Both the position numbers and the translations under genes were made by a program. From NCBI GenBank assembly GCA_002310235.1, contig DBYO01000024.1:25246-89245 (forward strand): DNA of 64,000 bases, written 5' to 3'. Shown here piece by piece: positions 55,301 to 63,690 of this stretch (position 1 is its first letter; every line of letters starts with the position of its first letter). This stretch comes from Bacteroidales bacterium UBA1184. Its GTDB lineage: Bacteria; Bacteroidota; Bacteroidia; Bacteroidales; ML635J-15. The notes beneath the pieces are model-generated. The model saw only the letters and a program-made list of their open reading frames with translations, did not search any database and had not been told where the DNA came from.

Positions 55301-58300
55301 CAACGTGGAGAACGGTTTCTCAATTCGTCCCAATATTTGAACTTCAGCGAATATTCCTGATCCATTGGACCTGTAATAGTATTTATTTTACCATCGGAAT
55401 AATAAGTATATACCATTCTTGTTCCGTTAGGAGCTGTAATTACTGTGGGTTTTCCAAACCTATAATCGTAACCTTCCAAAGTTGTGTTCAACCAGGCCTC
55501 TGTCTGATTTTGGTCGTTTATAAAATTCACCCCAATATTCGAAAGGTAAGTATGGGTCGCATCGTCGTAAGTATATATATAAAACATACGGTTCGGATAT
55601 GTAACCCCTATCAGATTTCCATTAGATTCTTCATAAGTGTACATGGTACTTTCCCATGTGTTTTCTGTAACAAAATTTCTGACCTGGAATATTTTACCGT
55701 TTTCGGTGTACTCGCGCTCAAACTTTCTTAAAAGCTGATTATCAGCCGACTTGACAGTCATTTCTGACATCATATCCAACAAGTTCTTGGTTCTATTAGG
55801 AACATAGGTCATTTCAGCCTTTACATATTCATCGGGTCGGTAATTATTGGTGTAACTTGTAATATTTCCGTATTTACCATACTTATAGTGCTTTACCGAA
55901 ACCAATTCATTCGAACCATAAACGATAGTCTGTTCCGACTCCAAGCGAGGATATACCTCCTGCTCACTACCACATTCATAGTCAGCCACTACTTCTCCTG
56001 TATTCAAGTCGTTGAGGGTCCAGTTATAGTCGGTACTTGTCTGCAAAACATCTCTAGCATCAAGAACTTCATCCCTGTATTTCAGTCCGTGACGCAATCC
56101 GTTTTCGGTAATGTAATATTCCTTTTGCTTTCTTAGCTCTTCAGAATTATCATGATTAACAATTCTAGTTGTCACTTCGGCAAATCCGTAGCTTTCGCGC
56201 TCAATGCGGTGATACTTCATGCCTGAATATTCAAATTGGTAATGTAAGTAGTCGCTACCATCTTCGAAATCTCCATCGTTATCGAGTACCGTCAATTCCG
56301 ACATCAACCATTTGCTGTGAGGATTATCTGCATTAGGATACAATAGAGAATACGAGATTTCGTATTCGCCAAAAGCGGGAGTTGTAACCTTCTTAAGGAT
56401 ATCGCGCCTCATCGGCTTTCCGTACTTTACAGAAGCACTCCTATTAACAAAATTCAATATATCAACAGCGCCGTCACCGTTTATATCCATCACTCTTGTC
56501 TTCTCTTTGCTAATGGTATATAGGAAGTCTGCGTATAAGCTTGCCGTTACTTTTAGGTTCTCTACAGGGAAGCCAACACTTCCTGAACCATTTACAGAAA
56601 TATTATGTGTGTGGTTATTAGACAAATCACTGTCAAAATTATTAACAGATATTGGCATTGCATAAAATCCTCTTCCATTGTTATAATAAACATTTATTCC
56701 ACTACCGTTTTTCTCAACAATGTCAACTAAACCATCCGAATTAATATCCATCATTGTGGCATTGTCAAAACTCTTATTACTATTCACATTTATGCCACCA
56801 GAAAACGAGAAATTGCTCGTATTATAACTCATTGGTAATGGTAAGAACTGCCACAAATTATTTAAAAGATCTAATAAGCTCGAATTGCTTTTATTAGAAG
56901 AAACATGACCTGGTGTAATAGATATAGGATATCGTTTAGAGAACTTGTATCCCATATTGTACTCCACATAATATCTGTCTTCATCATCATTGAAAGTTAC
57001 AATATCGGGCAGACCATCGGAATTGACATCTATATATGAATCTAGTACATTGTTTTCAGAAGCACTTGTATTTAGACCCATTGACGGAATATTCATTTCC
57101 GTAGATTCTGGACTTGTTCCCTTTCCCTTGATAATATTTGGTTTAAAAGAAATAGACCCTCCGTTTGATTTGCCTTTGCTGTAACTTGTATATACATCCT
57201 CGTGCTCATCGGCAAACCTTAAAATATTGTTAGACATGTCGCCATTGGGCAAGGTATATTGTATTTGTCTTATTCCAACAATATCGGGATAACCGTCGCC
57301 ATTCATATCCATCATATCGCTAAAGCCTTTTGTCCAAGTATTAGTGTGGTTGTACCCTATCTGATTACTACTTATAACAGCGAGAGAGGCTGAGAACGAA
57401 AGATTCTGTGTTTTTGACACTTTGTTTACTACAGGGAAGTGTCTAGAACCTAATGGATCATCAAAATTAGGCAATGCATCGCCATGCTCGGCAAAACCAT
57501 CAGAGTCTTGCTGCATATTTTCAAATTCATGCCTTGCATAATCCAAACCTATACCGCTACCAATAGAGCCATATACAGGATCAGGTTGCTGATTGGGAGC
57601 TGCGTTATGATTAGGCTTAACAAAAGCACTTCTAAACGGATCCATCCACCTTTCATTGCTCAAGTCGGTCAACATTGGCACAAACATGTGCATAAGTGGA
57701 TACTCCGACAGGGGACCATTGTTTACATAGTCTTCCAAATTCTGAGCATAATCGTCATTTTGATGATTAGAATTAGACTGACGTACTAGTCTGGTAAGAC
57801 TAGGATCTCCTGTTATATTATTTAATTCATCCTCAGTAGCATAAATTTTGTCGAAGTTGAATAAATGGAATGGTATTGCTTCGTAAGGATATATCTCAGC
57901 TACTCCGTCAGGAGTAATTCCTTCTTGAACATCAACTGGAGTCTTTACTATCAAAGTGTCCAAATAAGAGAACTGGCCCCATCCGCGATACATATTTCCA
58001 CCCATATATATCTTTTTAGCAGGATGTTTTGCATAAAGACCAGCAAAGTAACTTAATGGTACATTACTGCTAGCATTGCGGACTGCAACTTTGCTATTTG
58101 CATAATAATCATACTCTTCGTCATCTTCGGCAAACTCACTATTAATATTTTTAATTGTGTAATCGAAATATACATTATAAAAATCTCTTCCTCTAGGCAA
58201 AGTGAAAGACAACTCTTCTTGCCCATTTAGAAGCAACCTTTTGACTTTATTCTGGTTCAAAGTCTTTACTGTTAAATATATTTCCGCATCTTGATTGTTG

Positions 58301-61300
58301 CTGCGAAGATGGTTCACCAATTCAGAATTGGGAGTCACAATATAGCGTCCAGGCCTCAAATTATATGGTCGCGACATACATAATTGATTGGAGTATATGC
58401 TCATATTGAGTGAGGGATGATATGTTTCCCTATCCTGAACATTCTCACCGACATATTTAACGCTACTAGAAAACGAAATGTCGCTCCAATCGACATTACT
58501 GTTCGACCGCAATTCGAAAAGCAATTGGTCTTGTTCAGCGACAGGAAGAGATGCATTAATTATTTCAACAGATGGTATATCCTGCACGTTATCGTTGCTA
58601 AGGAAGATCTCACTATATTCTTCTAGAACCACGCGAGTGTAAGTATCATCATCGTTGTGTTTATTATGAACTACAAAAAATTCCAAGGTATCGCTCTTGG
58701 GTCTCGTAGCATGAAGGGATACCGAGAAATTCACTTCACCGTCAAAAGTTGAATAAAATGCGCTTCCATCCTGTACTACCGCATCAGCATTGTACTCATA
58801 ATGCAACAATGGCTTATCATCGGCATCAGTGCTATTTGCACCAATCTGTCCAACATAATTTACTATTTGTTGTGGGGTATGCTCATCTATAAGCGGATAT
58901 CGAGGGATTATCTCAATACTAAATGCATTAAAGATATCAATAGTCTCTTCACTATTAGAATGAACATGAAATAATATGTGTCCATCTTTGGGAATAAATA
59001 CATTATATTCATGTATTCCACAATCCTTATAAAATCTAGCATCCTGAAATGGGTATTCTTCACTATAAAACAGAAGGCTATCGGCTTTATATACATTATA
59101 TCCCATGACACATGATCCTCTAGTTCCATATTCATCGTGAGTATAGTCTGCAACTTTAAAATATATATGGAAAGGATGTCCCATTGGTAACGGATTTCTC
59201 CACAATACCACAGCATCACGCTTAGCTTCTTTTTTGTCAGGTTCCATACTCATATCAACATTGCCATCATACTCAAACTTATAGCATTGGTCGTAACGAG
59301 ATCTTTGTTCAGGATCATTCTCCCAATCTGTAAATTGTGGGATTCCTTCATTATCGGGGAAATTGATATATACAGTATTGCCAGAAACAAAATCTACAAA
59401 TCCATCCCCATTTACATCCAAGAAATAATCCGAATTTATTGTCTTTGTCATAGAATAGTTGCCACCTATCTGACCTTTGACAAACTGATTGAAAAACAAC
59501 TCGATACCTACGCTATTTGTTTTACTTGCCGATTTACCAAGTCTAGGTATGGTAAGCGAATGTGGTCTATCTACAAACGACACATAATTACCATCGCTTA
59601 TATAACCTTTGTAAAATTTAATAATATCTCCATTTTTTTCTACGCGGTCAACAACGCCATCGCCATTAAGGTCGATAATCTGAGTTTTCTGGTTGTTGAT
59701 ATCGTAAGAATAATGATAATTGACACCTATTGAGTTATTTTTGAGCATTGGCATAGCATCAACAAAACCAACGCTAGCGCTTCCTCCCACATTAATGGCA
59801 TAACTCGTATTCTTGCTAAGGTTAGACAATTCTTCTGTCTCTTCAACTTGACTACCATACACAACGGCCGGTTCTCCTACAGACATAGACAATGGTGTTC
59901 CTTCTTCAAAAGAAATCTCGTCATCCGAGAAATAATCGAAAGTATGTACATAAAAGCCTTGTCTCTGAATATCATCAAAATTTTGGTTTTCCATACCAGG
60001 ATCGGTAATTTCAGCTATTGCCACAAGTCTCCTTTTCGGCAAATTGCCATGATTCTCATTAAGAGAACCAGCCACTTCATACTTGAACCTATAACATTTT
60101 ACAAAATTGTTATCATAGGTAACCGTTATTTTCGAAAGCATTCTCATATCCGAAGTAAAGAATCCGTAGTTCGCCAATAATGAAGGGGTAACAGGTGTTT
60201 CATCATATTCAAATATCACATGGTATTTACCTGCCTCCAATTGCTGGTCTTCATATTCCCTTGATGTATATATTATTTCCGAAACTCGCATTTGCTTAGC
60301 CAATGGACGCAGTCCTAGCATAGACTCATCTTCAGTTTCTGTTTCTATATCATAAACATATTCTACAGTGTTTCCATACAGGTCTTTCATTTTAGCCAAT
60401 CCCCATACTGCGATGTTGTCATCAGGGTCATCGCCAGCCAACGAGAATCTTAATGCGGTATTTTCTTCCTGTACTTTGTCACCATAAATGTAATTAACAC
60501 CATTGCGGTCTGTTACTTCCCACCAATAGTTTTTCGGAGAGTCTCCGTGTCGCTTTATTTTATCAAACTTACCCTCGTTCAGATATGCATATGTCTTTTC
60601 TGCACCTCTCTCTCCTCCTCTTTCGACATACAAAGGTTTGTGGCGTGTAATTATTGTAGTATTAGGATCTTCCTCCGACTCTACTATAGCCTCACCGTTC
60701 ACAAGGTACGATTCTGACTCTACATCGGCCGAATATAGAGGCACACCCCAGCGGGTATCAACCGTTATGCTCGGGATGCTGAGGCTCCAGCCGGGACCCA
60801 TAAATCCGTCCTTAACGTCGCTGCTGTACGAAATGGAAATCTGCGGCGCCATACCGTTTCTTCCTGCCGGTATCTGTATGGGGTAGTTCATAGAACAATT
60901 TCCACTATTGTTGGCTGTAGGAGCCTGCATTATGGTCATTCCCTCCAGTGGATTTGCATACTCTATGCCTCGTATGCTTGTGTTAGCATAACCGCTTGCA
61001 TCGGGAATTTCGGGCTGAGTAAGAATTCCATTTATAAAATCGGTAAAATGATCGGTACTGGTCACCACAAGCTGGTGCTTGTGATCGATGCTGTCGATAG
61101 GCATGCATACCCACTGCGACTGATCTTCATCGTAGAAGAACGTCCTTATATCGTCGGGACGATAACCTGCAGGAATGAGCGAGGTGTCGTATCCTATGCT
61201 CAACTGCAACGGCTTGTTGAACTTTCCGTGAGGAAGACAACGGTAACCTCCGTAAGTTGAGGTTACGTTTACCAGACCGTAATCGAGTTCGGGCAACTCA

Positions 61301-61644
61301 TTGCCGCGCAAACCACGAACGGTTAAGTCCTTTTCGGAACTTACTGCTCCCATAGGAATCTCCAGAACAATGCTTCCTGCCGAAATCTTACATGCTTCCA
61401 AACTTGATATTTTCCTCTCTATAAACAGAATTGCATCTGACGATTCTGCGTCAAATGCATCTGTATTTCCATAATTCTCACTTGATTTGTCATCGGCACT
61501 TTCCATACCAGATGGATCTGCCATAGACTTACTCAAAAAATCATACTGCAATTCTGCAGATTTGCTCGATATTCTGTGCAACGAAATACCAAGCGATAAA
61601 ACAATGATACCTACTATAATAGGTATAATGACCTTATTATTCAT
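52333..61644 (-). CDS. SpvB / FG-GAP / RHS-repeat protein (Tc-toxin TcB-TcC-like fusion) with polymorphic C-terminal toxin
   Basis: 3103 aa with an N-terminal TM helix (IIPIIVGIIVLSLGISL). SpvB-like GMAPQISISYSSDVKDGFMGPGWSLSIPSITVDTRWGVPLY (~60730-60882). Six DxNGDGxxD loops and a TcdB-middle-like YHRIERESYGFAEV. Many YD repeats (e.g. YTYDCMDRVLTTITPDGKF, YYYDMLGRLVSRYHPDAGHTSYTY). RHS core end SVDPMSDKYPSMSPYMYCAGNPIMLRDPDG. Confidence 0.9.
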   Translation of the reverse strand: MNNKVIIPIIVGIIVLSLGISLHRISSKSAELQYDFLSKSMADPSGMESADDKSSENYGNTDAFDAESSDAILFIERKISSLEACKISAGSIVLEIPMGAVSSEKDLTVRGLRGNELPELDYGLVNVTSTYGGYRCLPHGKFNKPLQLSIGYDTSLIPAGYRPDDIRTFFYDEDQSQWVCMPIDSIDHKHQLVVTSTDHFTDFINGILTQPEIPDASGYANTSIRGIEYANPLEGMTIMQAPTANNSGNCSMNYPIQIPAGRNGMAPQISISYSSDVKDGFMGPGWSLSIPSITVDTRWGVPLYSADVESESYLVNGEAIVESEEDPNTTIITRHKPLYVERGGERGAEKTYAYLNEGKFDKIKRHGDSPKNYWWEVTDRNGVNYIYGDKVQEENTALRFSLAGDDPDDNIAVWGLAKMKDLYGNTVEYVYDIETETEDESMLGLRPLAKQMRVSEIIYTSREYEDQQLEAGKYHVIFEYDETPVTPSLLANYGFFTSDMRMLSKITVTYDNNFVKCYRFKYEVAGSLNENHGNLPKRRLVAIAEITDPGMENQNFDDIQRQGFYVHTFDYFSDDEISFEEGTPLSMSVGEPAVVYGSQVEETEELSNLSKNTSYAINVGGSASVGFVDAMPMLKNNSIGVNYHYSYDINNQKTQIIDLNGDGVVDRVEKNGDIIKFYKGYISDGNYVSFVDRPHSLTIPRLGKSASKTNSVGIELFFNQFVKGQIGGNYSMTKTINSDYFLDVNGDGFVDFVSGNTVYINFPDNEGIPQFTDWENDPEQRSRYDQCYKFEYDGNVDMSMEPDKKEAKRDAVVLWRNPLPMGHPFHIYFKVADYTHDEYGTRGSCVMGYNVYKADSLLFYSEEYPFQDARFYKDCGIHEYNVFIPKDGHILFHVHSNSEETIDIFNAFSIEIIPRYPLIDEHTPQQIVNYVGQIGANSTDADDKPLLHYEYNADAVVQDGSAFYSTFDGEVNFSVSLHATRPKSDTLEFFVVHNKHNDDDTYTRVVLEEYSEIFLSNDNVQDIPSVEIINASLPVAEQDQLLFELRSNSNVDWSDISFSSSVKYVGENVQDRETYHPSLNMSIYSNQLCMSRPYNLRPGRYIVTPNSELVNHLRSNNQDAEIYLTVKTLNQNKVKRLLLNGQEELSFTLPRGRDFYNVYFDYTIKNINSEFAEDDEEYDYYANSKVAVRNASSNVPLSYFAGLYAKHPAKKIYMGGNMYRGWGQFSYLDTLIVKTPVDVQEGITPDGVAEIYPYEAIPFHLFNFDKIYATEDELNNITGDPSLTRLVRQSNSNHQNDDYAQNLEDYVNNGPLSEYPLMHMFVPMLTDLSNERWMDPFRSAFVKPNHNAAPNQQPDPVYGSIGSGIGLDYARHEFENMQQDSDGFAEHGDALPNFDDPLGSRHFPVVNKVSKTQNLSFSASLAVISSNQIGYNHTNTWTKGFSDMMDMNGDGYPDIVGIRQIQYTLPNGDMSNNILRFADEHEDVYTSYSKGKSNGGSISFKPNIIKGKGTSPESTEMNIPSMGLNTSASENNVLDSYIDVNSDGLPDIVTFNDDEDRYYVEYNMGYKFSKRYPISITPGHVSSNKSNSSLLDLLNNLWQFLPLPMSYNTSNFSFSGGINVNSNKSFDNATMMDINSDGLVDIVEKNGSGINVYYNNGRGFYAMPISVNNFDSDLSNNHTHNISVNGSGSVGFPVENLKVTASLYADFLYTISKEKTRVMDINGDGAVDILNFVNRSASVKYGKPMRRDILKKVTTPAFGEYEISYSLLYPNADNPHSKWLMSELTVLDNDGDFEDGSDYLHYQFEYSGMKYHRIERESYGFAEVTTRIVNHDNSEELRKQKEYYITENGLRHGLKYRDEVLDARDVLQTSTDYNWTLNDLNTGEVVADYECGSEQEVYPRLESEQTIVYGSNELVSVKHYKYGKYGNITSYTNNYRPDEYVKAEMTYVPNRTKNLLDMMSEMTVKSADNQLLRKFEREYTENGKIFQVRNFVTENTWESTMYTYEESNGNLIGVTYPNRMFYIYTYDDATHTYLSNIGVNFINDQNQTEAWLNTTLEGYDYRFGKPTVITAPNGTRMVYTYYSDGKINTITGPMDQEYSLKFKYWDELRNRSPRWARVIHKDAINRGNTFVTQTVCDGLGRTMQTARKSVVDRVEKFVASGKNVYDDYGRVVGSYQPAEVTVNTEDDGFLQTSFENPTKYTYDCMDRVLTTITPDGKFIEKSYDVSEDALGQLAMLVTTRDPLGRELMSYTDSRGLQTTTKQASESDGITTKFIYSPMGELVASIDPEDNSTKYYYDMLGRLVSRYHPDAGHTSYTYSNGNLISKVTQKLENRGEEVNYVYMGDRLKEIHYPNNSEMDVYYEYGGINDGMSAGLVTKRQDGVRVQEYFYNEMGDIVKDIRTFAMPDGQLMLFKTMWTYDTWGRIMDMTYPDGETVRYRYDNAGKLESMISSNMNSREEIIVGDIRYDKYGHRINCKYGNGAYNRYEYNELSLQLEHMSSFAGDGCVLQDIHYQYDDVYNIVGISNDGDFQYSYEYMYDNLNRLVKSDGRSNGIDAGYHFEMSYSPAGNIRDYILNGHNNIDGEVSVFDRRDGYAYENPQKPHAVTKIGPNKYLWDANGNIKRCIVPGAAPRPEVRELYFNEENRLAAISDRMVDENGRQMSRPSGRGAVAAYLYDADGERVWKFSGMVTDAYRNERLMNRDIELDKTFYPTQQITIDNRSLYKHYFVGEERICTEIVPFAERDYYASGVEVINNRTEREFIYGLRKQVQHALDSVGYRGDIVYARGNYVHFDPVKFYYHYNHQGSVSALTNHHGEFYQYLQYMPYGEVLVDKHRDRYVSPYTFSAKEKDSESGYNYFGARYYTDNIMMWLSVDPMSDKYPSMSPYMYCAGNPIMLRDPDGRKIDGVTYNKKTKKFEYSQEAKDRGTERYINARTLTKCGTRGVMRMLRSRKMFYIHVTDKPMFIEDNDGETNGYSRIPGIAENNHIYISTYYFGDKKDNDYSSSILINPDGSSTDISADPSNVLSGNSDRNDVYSDAYRDSGLEKFDKMHPYRSIEEYIHGNGAHEETHLFQSKYLRNNCYKSEYPAMCREVYQRKQFIKTYN
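52336..52938 (-). other. C-terminal variable toxin domain of the RHS protein (201 aa after DPDGRK) with HExxH motif
   Basis: DPDG is encoded at 52945-52956. HEETH is encoded at 52438-52452, near the C-terminus (GNGAHEETHLFQ). The region is visibly more AT-rich than the adjacent RHS shell. Confidence 0.6.
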
Positions 61645-61661
61645 AACTTTATTTTATTTTT

Positions 61662-63269
61662 TTAATATACAACTATTGTCTTCGAAAGTTTGTCGGCTGC
61701 CGTACTTACTTCTATCAAGTATGTACCAGACATTTCAATATGCTTCTTTACCTCATAATGCTTCAATCCATCAATCTTGCTGTTCCAGATAAGCTTACCG
61801 TCAACACCAACTATTCTAATGTTGAATTTCTGTGCATCGGCGAGGTCAACGGTAACAACAAAATCACCATAGCATGGATTCGGGAAAACATCAACTCCCA
61901 TTATCCTTGTATCAATGCTTCCGTCCAATCTTGAATCGGAATTGTTATGTCCACCATTTCCAGTATTGTCATTTCTACCAAAATCGCTATTGGTATAACC
62001 GTCTGCAGCTTCTGCAATTTCTTGCTCTATCTGCTCTTCCAGAACTTTGTCAACGAATACCGTACCGAAACTGAATCTGTCGAACCCACTACCGTCGGTA
62101 TCCCATTTTATATTATTATAGTAATAATAGCCATCTGCATCTGCCGAATCGGGAGCAAAAGTCTCCATTTCACCTGGCATATATGTAAGACTGTCGGTGC
62201 GAACTATGAAAAGATTCGGAGCAAGAGTATCGGAAAGATTTTCGTATTTCAACTTCAGGTTTACTGGCATCATATGGAAATCTTGTCCAATGGTGGCGAT
62301 TTTCCACTCTTTAAGCGACCTTACATAAAATTCTGCATTACGTCCAGAATATATGGTGTCGGCTGTTGAACTTAACGATTCTCCATTGCTGGTTACTACA
62401 AGGTAATTGCCATCTTTAAGGACAACCTCGTTTTTCCTGTTGCTTTCGCGCAGGTTACCTACATATATTGCGAGCTCAGAAGATGCACAATTGGCACCGC
62501 ACTGTTTCTGGTGTACTCCATAACCATCGTCGCGGCATAGCACTGCCATTTCGTAGGGATACTCCGAATTTTCTTCGTAACGCCATATAGTGTCGTTTGC
62601 AGAATTTATAAGATCAAGGCCCTGCACTGTTATGCTGTGCTTCATCACAAGGTAACTATAAACCTTGCAAATATCAAGAGCATCAATTTGCTTGTCAAAA
62701 AACATGAACTCGGAAATCTTTCCGCAAAACTGTGTACTGTCGTCTCCAAACAATTTAACATGCGAATCGTCGCTTATTTCAAGCCCAGCCCACTTGTCCA
62801 TGTATAAATTTATCACCGCCGACGCAATAGTCGTGTCGGCAAATGTTATCAGACGACCACTGCGCTTACGCAATGTCTGAGTTGTAAAATGTATGTTCTC
62901 AATCGAATCCGGCACAATAGCCCATAATGTGGAAGGCGATTTGCTACCGGTTGGTTCGTAAACAACAAACACATTAATGTCCGAATTACGTTTCATCTTG
63001 TATGGTACAAGCAAACCCTTTTCGCCATTCTTATACGAAATGCACGGGTTGTAATTCATAAAACCGTCGGCCTTAGATTCAAAAATAACCTTATCACCTT
63101 TTTCGCTCTTCGACAACAGTTTTACAATACTGTCGTTGTCCGAAACCGCTTGAACCCAGACACTGGGAGTTAACAAGCCTTTCTGTGCATAAATAGATGC
63201 ACTCGATAACAGCATAATTGCTGTAAACACGCAATAATAAAAACGCAATGTTTTTCTGTATGCCCTCAT
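61662..63269 (-). CDS. T9SS-sorted secreted protein with LamG-like region, first gene of the RHS operon
   Basis: Signal peptide (AIMLLSSASIYAQ). KISEFMFFDKQID is LamG-like. Gly/Asn/Asp-rich linker. C-terminal T9SS type-A domain (VFPNPCYGDFVVTVDL...GTYLIEVS...TIVVY). 17 nt upstream of the RHS gene. Confidence 0.75.
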   Translation of the reverse strand: MRAYRKTLRFYYCVFTAIMLLSSASIYAQKGLLTPSVWVQAVSDNDSIVKLLSKSEKGDKVIFESKADGFMNYNPCISYKNGEKGLLVPYKMKRNSDINVFVVYEPTGSKSPSTLWAIVPDSIENIHFTTQTLRKRSGRLITFADTTIASAVINLYMDKWAGLEISDDSHVKLFGDDSTQFCGKISEFMFFDKQIDALDICKVYSYLVMKHSITVQGLDLINSANDTIWRYEENSEYPYEMAVLCRDDGYGVHQKQCGANCASSELAIYVGNLRESNRKNEVVLKDGNYLVVTSNGESLSSTADTIYSGRNAEFYVRSLKEWKIATIGQDFHMMPVNLKLKYENLSDTLAPNLFIVRTDSLTYMPGEMETFAPDSADADGYYYYNNIKWDTDGSGFDRFSFGTVFVDKVLEEQIEQEIAEAADGYTNSDFGRNDNTGNGGHNNSDSRLDGSIDTRIMGVDVFPNPCYGDFVVTVDLADAQKFNIRIVGVDGKLIWNSKIDGLKHYEVKKHIEMSGTYLIEVSTAADKLSKTIVVY

Positions 63270-63295
63270 AAATTTATCGTTTTAATGTTCGTGTG

Positions 63296-63303
63296 CAAAA
63301 ATA
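63296..63303 (-). promoter_or_regulatory. -7 box upstream of the T9SS-partner/RHS/immunity operon
   Basis: CAAAAATA on plus equals TATTTTTG on minus, 27 nt before ATG 63269. A very AT-rich ~240-nt tract lies upstream. Confidence 0.4.
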
Positions 63304-63540
63304 TTTTATTTTCATTAACATTACTAAACAATATTTTTACATTATACTTTATCAGAAAATTTTTTAAATATTATAGATAAGAATTTATATAATATGCAAA
63401 ATTGAGTGTTCGAAAAATTTGTTAAAGGACTACCTTTTCAAAAGAAATAAAACATAAACGTACAATATTTACAATTTTAGAATAACGAATTACATTTTTT
63501 TAGAATTGGATCTGTGTGCGGATGCAATATTTTGCGTCTC

Positions 63541-63590
63541 ATTCAGCACAAATCATTGCAAACCGGCGCAGCGCATTGCGCCTCTACAAT
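63541..63590 (+). repeat. Right copy of the 50-nt direct repeat bracketing the RHS islet
   Basis: attcAgcacaaatcattgcaaaccggcgcaGcgcattgcgccTctacaat. Confidence 0.9.
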
Positions 63591-63665
63591 CTTCGAATCA
63601 TCAAATCAATCGAACATCACACCTCGTAACCTTTAGCTCGGCTTTGCCAAATCGTAAATAATATT

Positions 63666-63673
63666 TATTTTTG
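63666..63673 (+). promoter_or_regulatory. -7 box upstream of the endonuclease I gene
   Basis: TATTTTTG lies 18 nt before ATG 63691. Confidence 0.4.
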
Positions 63674-63690
63674 CACAAAAATATTTGCTG

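Noticed and set aside
52888-55731. Plus-strand ORFs of 222 and 260 aa (52888..53556, 54949..55731) and many smaller ones inside the RHS gene
   Set aside because: They are antisense to an uninterrupted 9.3-kb ORF with strong YD/RHS periodicity. They have Ile/Val/Phe-rich compositions typical of reverse-complemented YD repeats.
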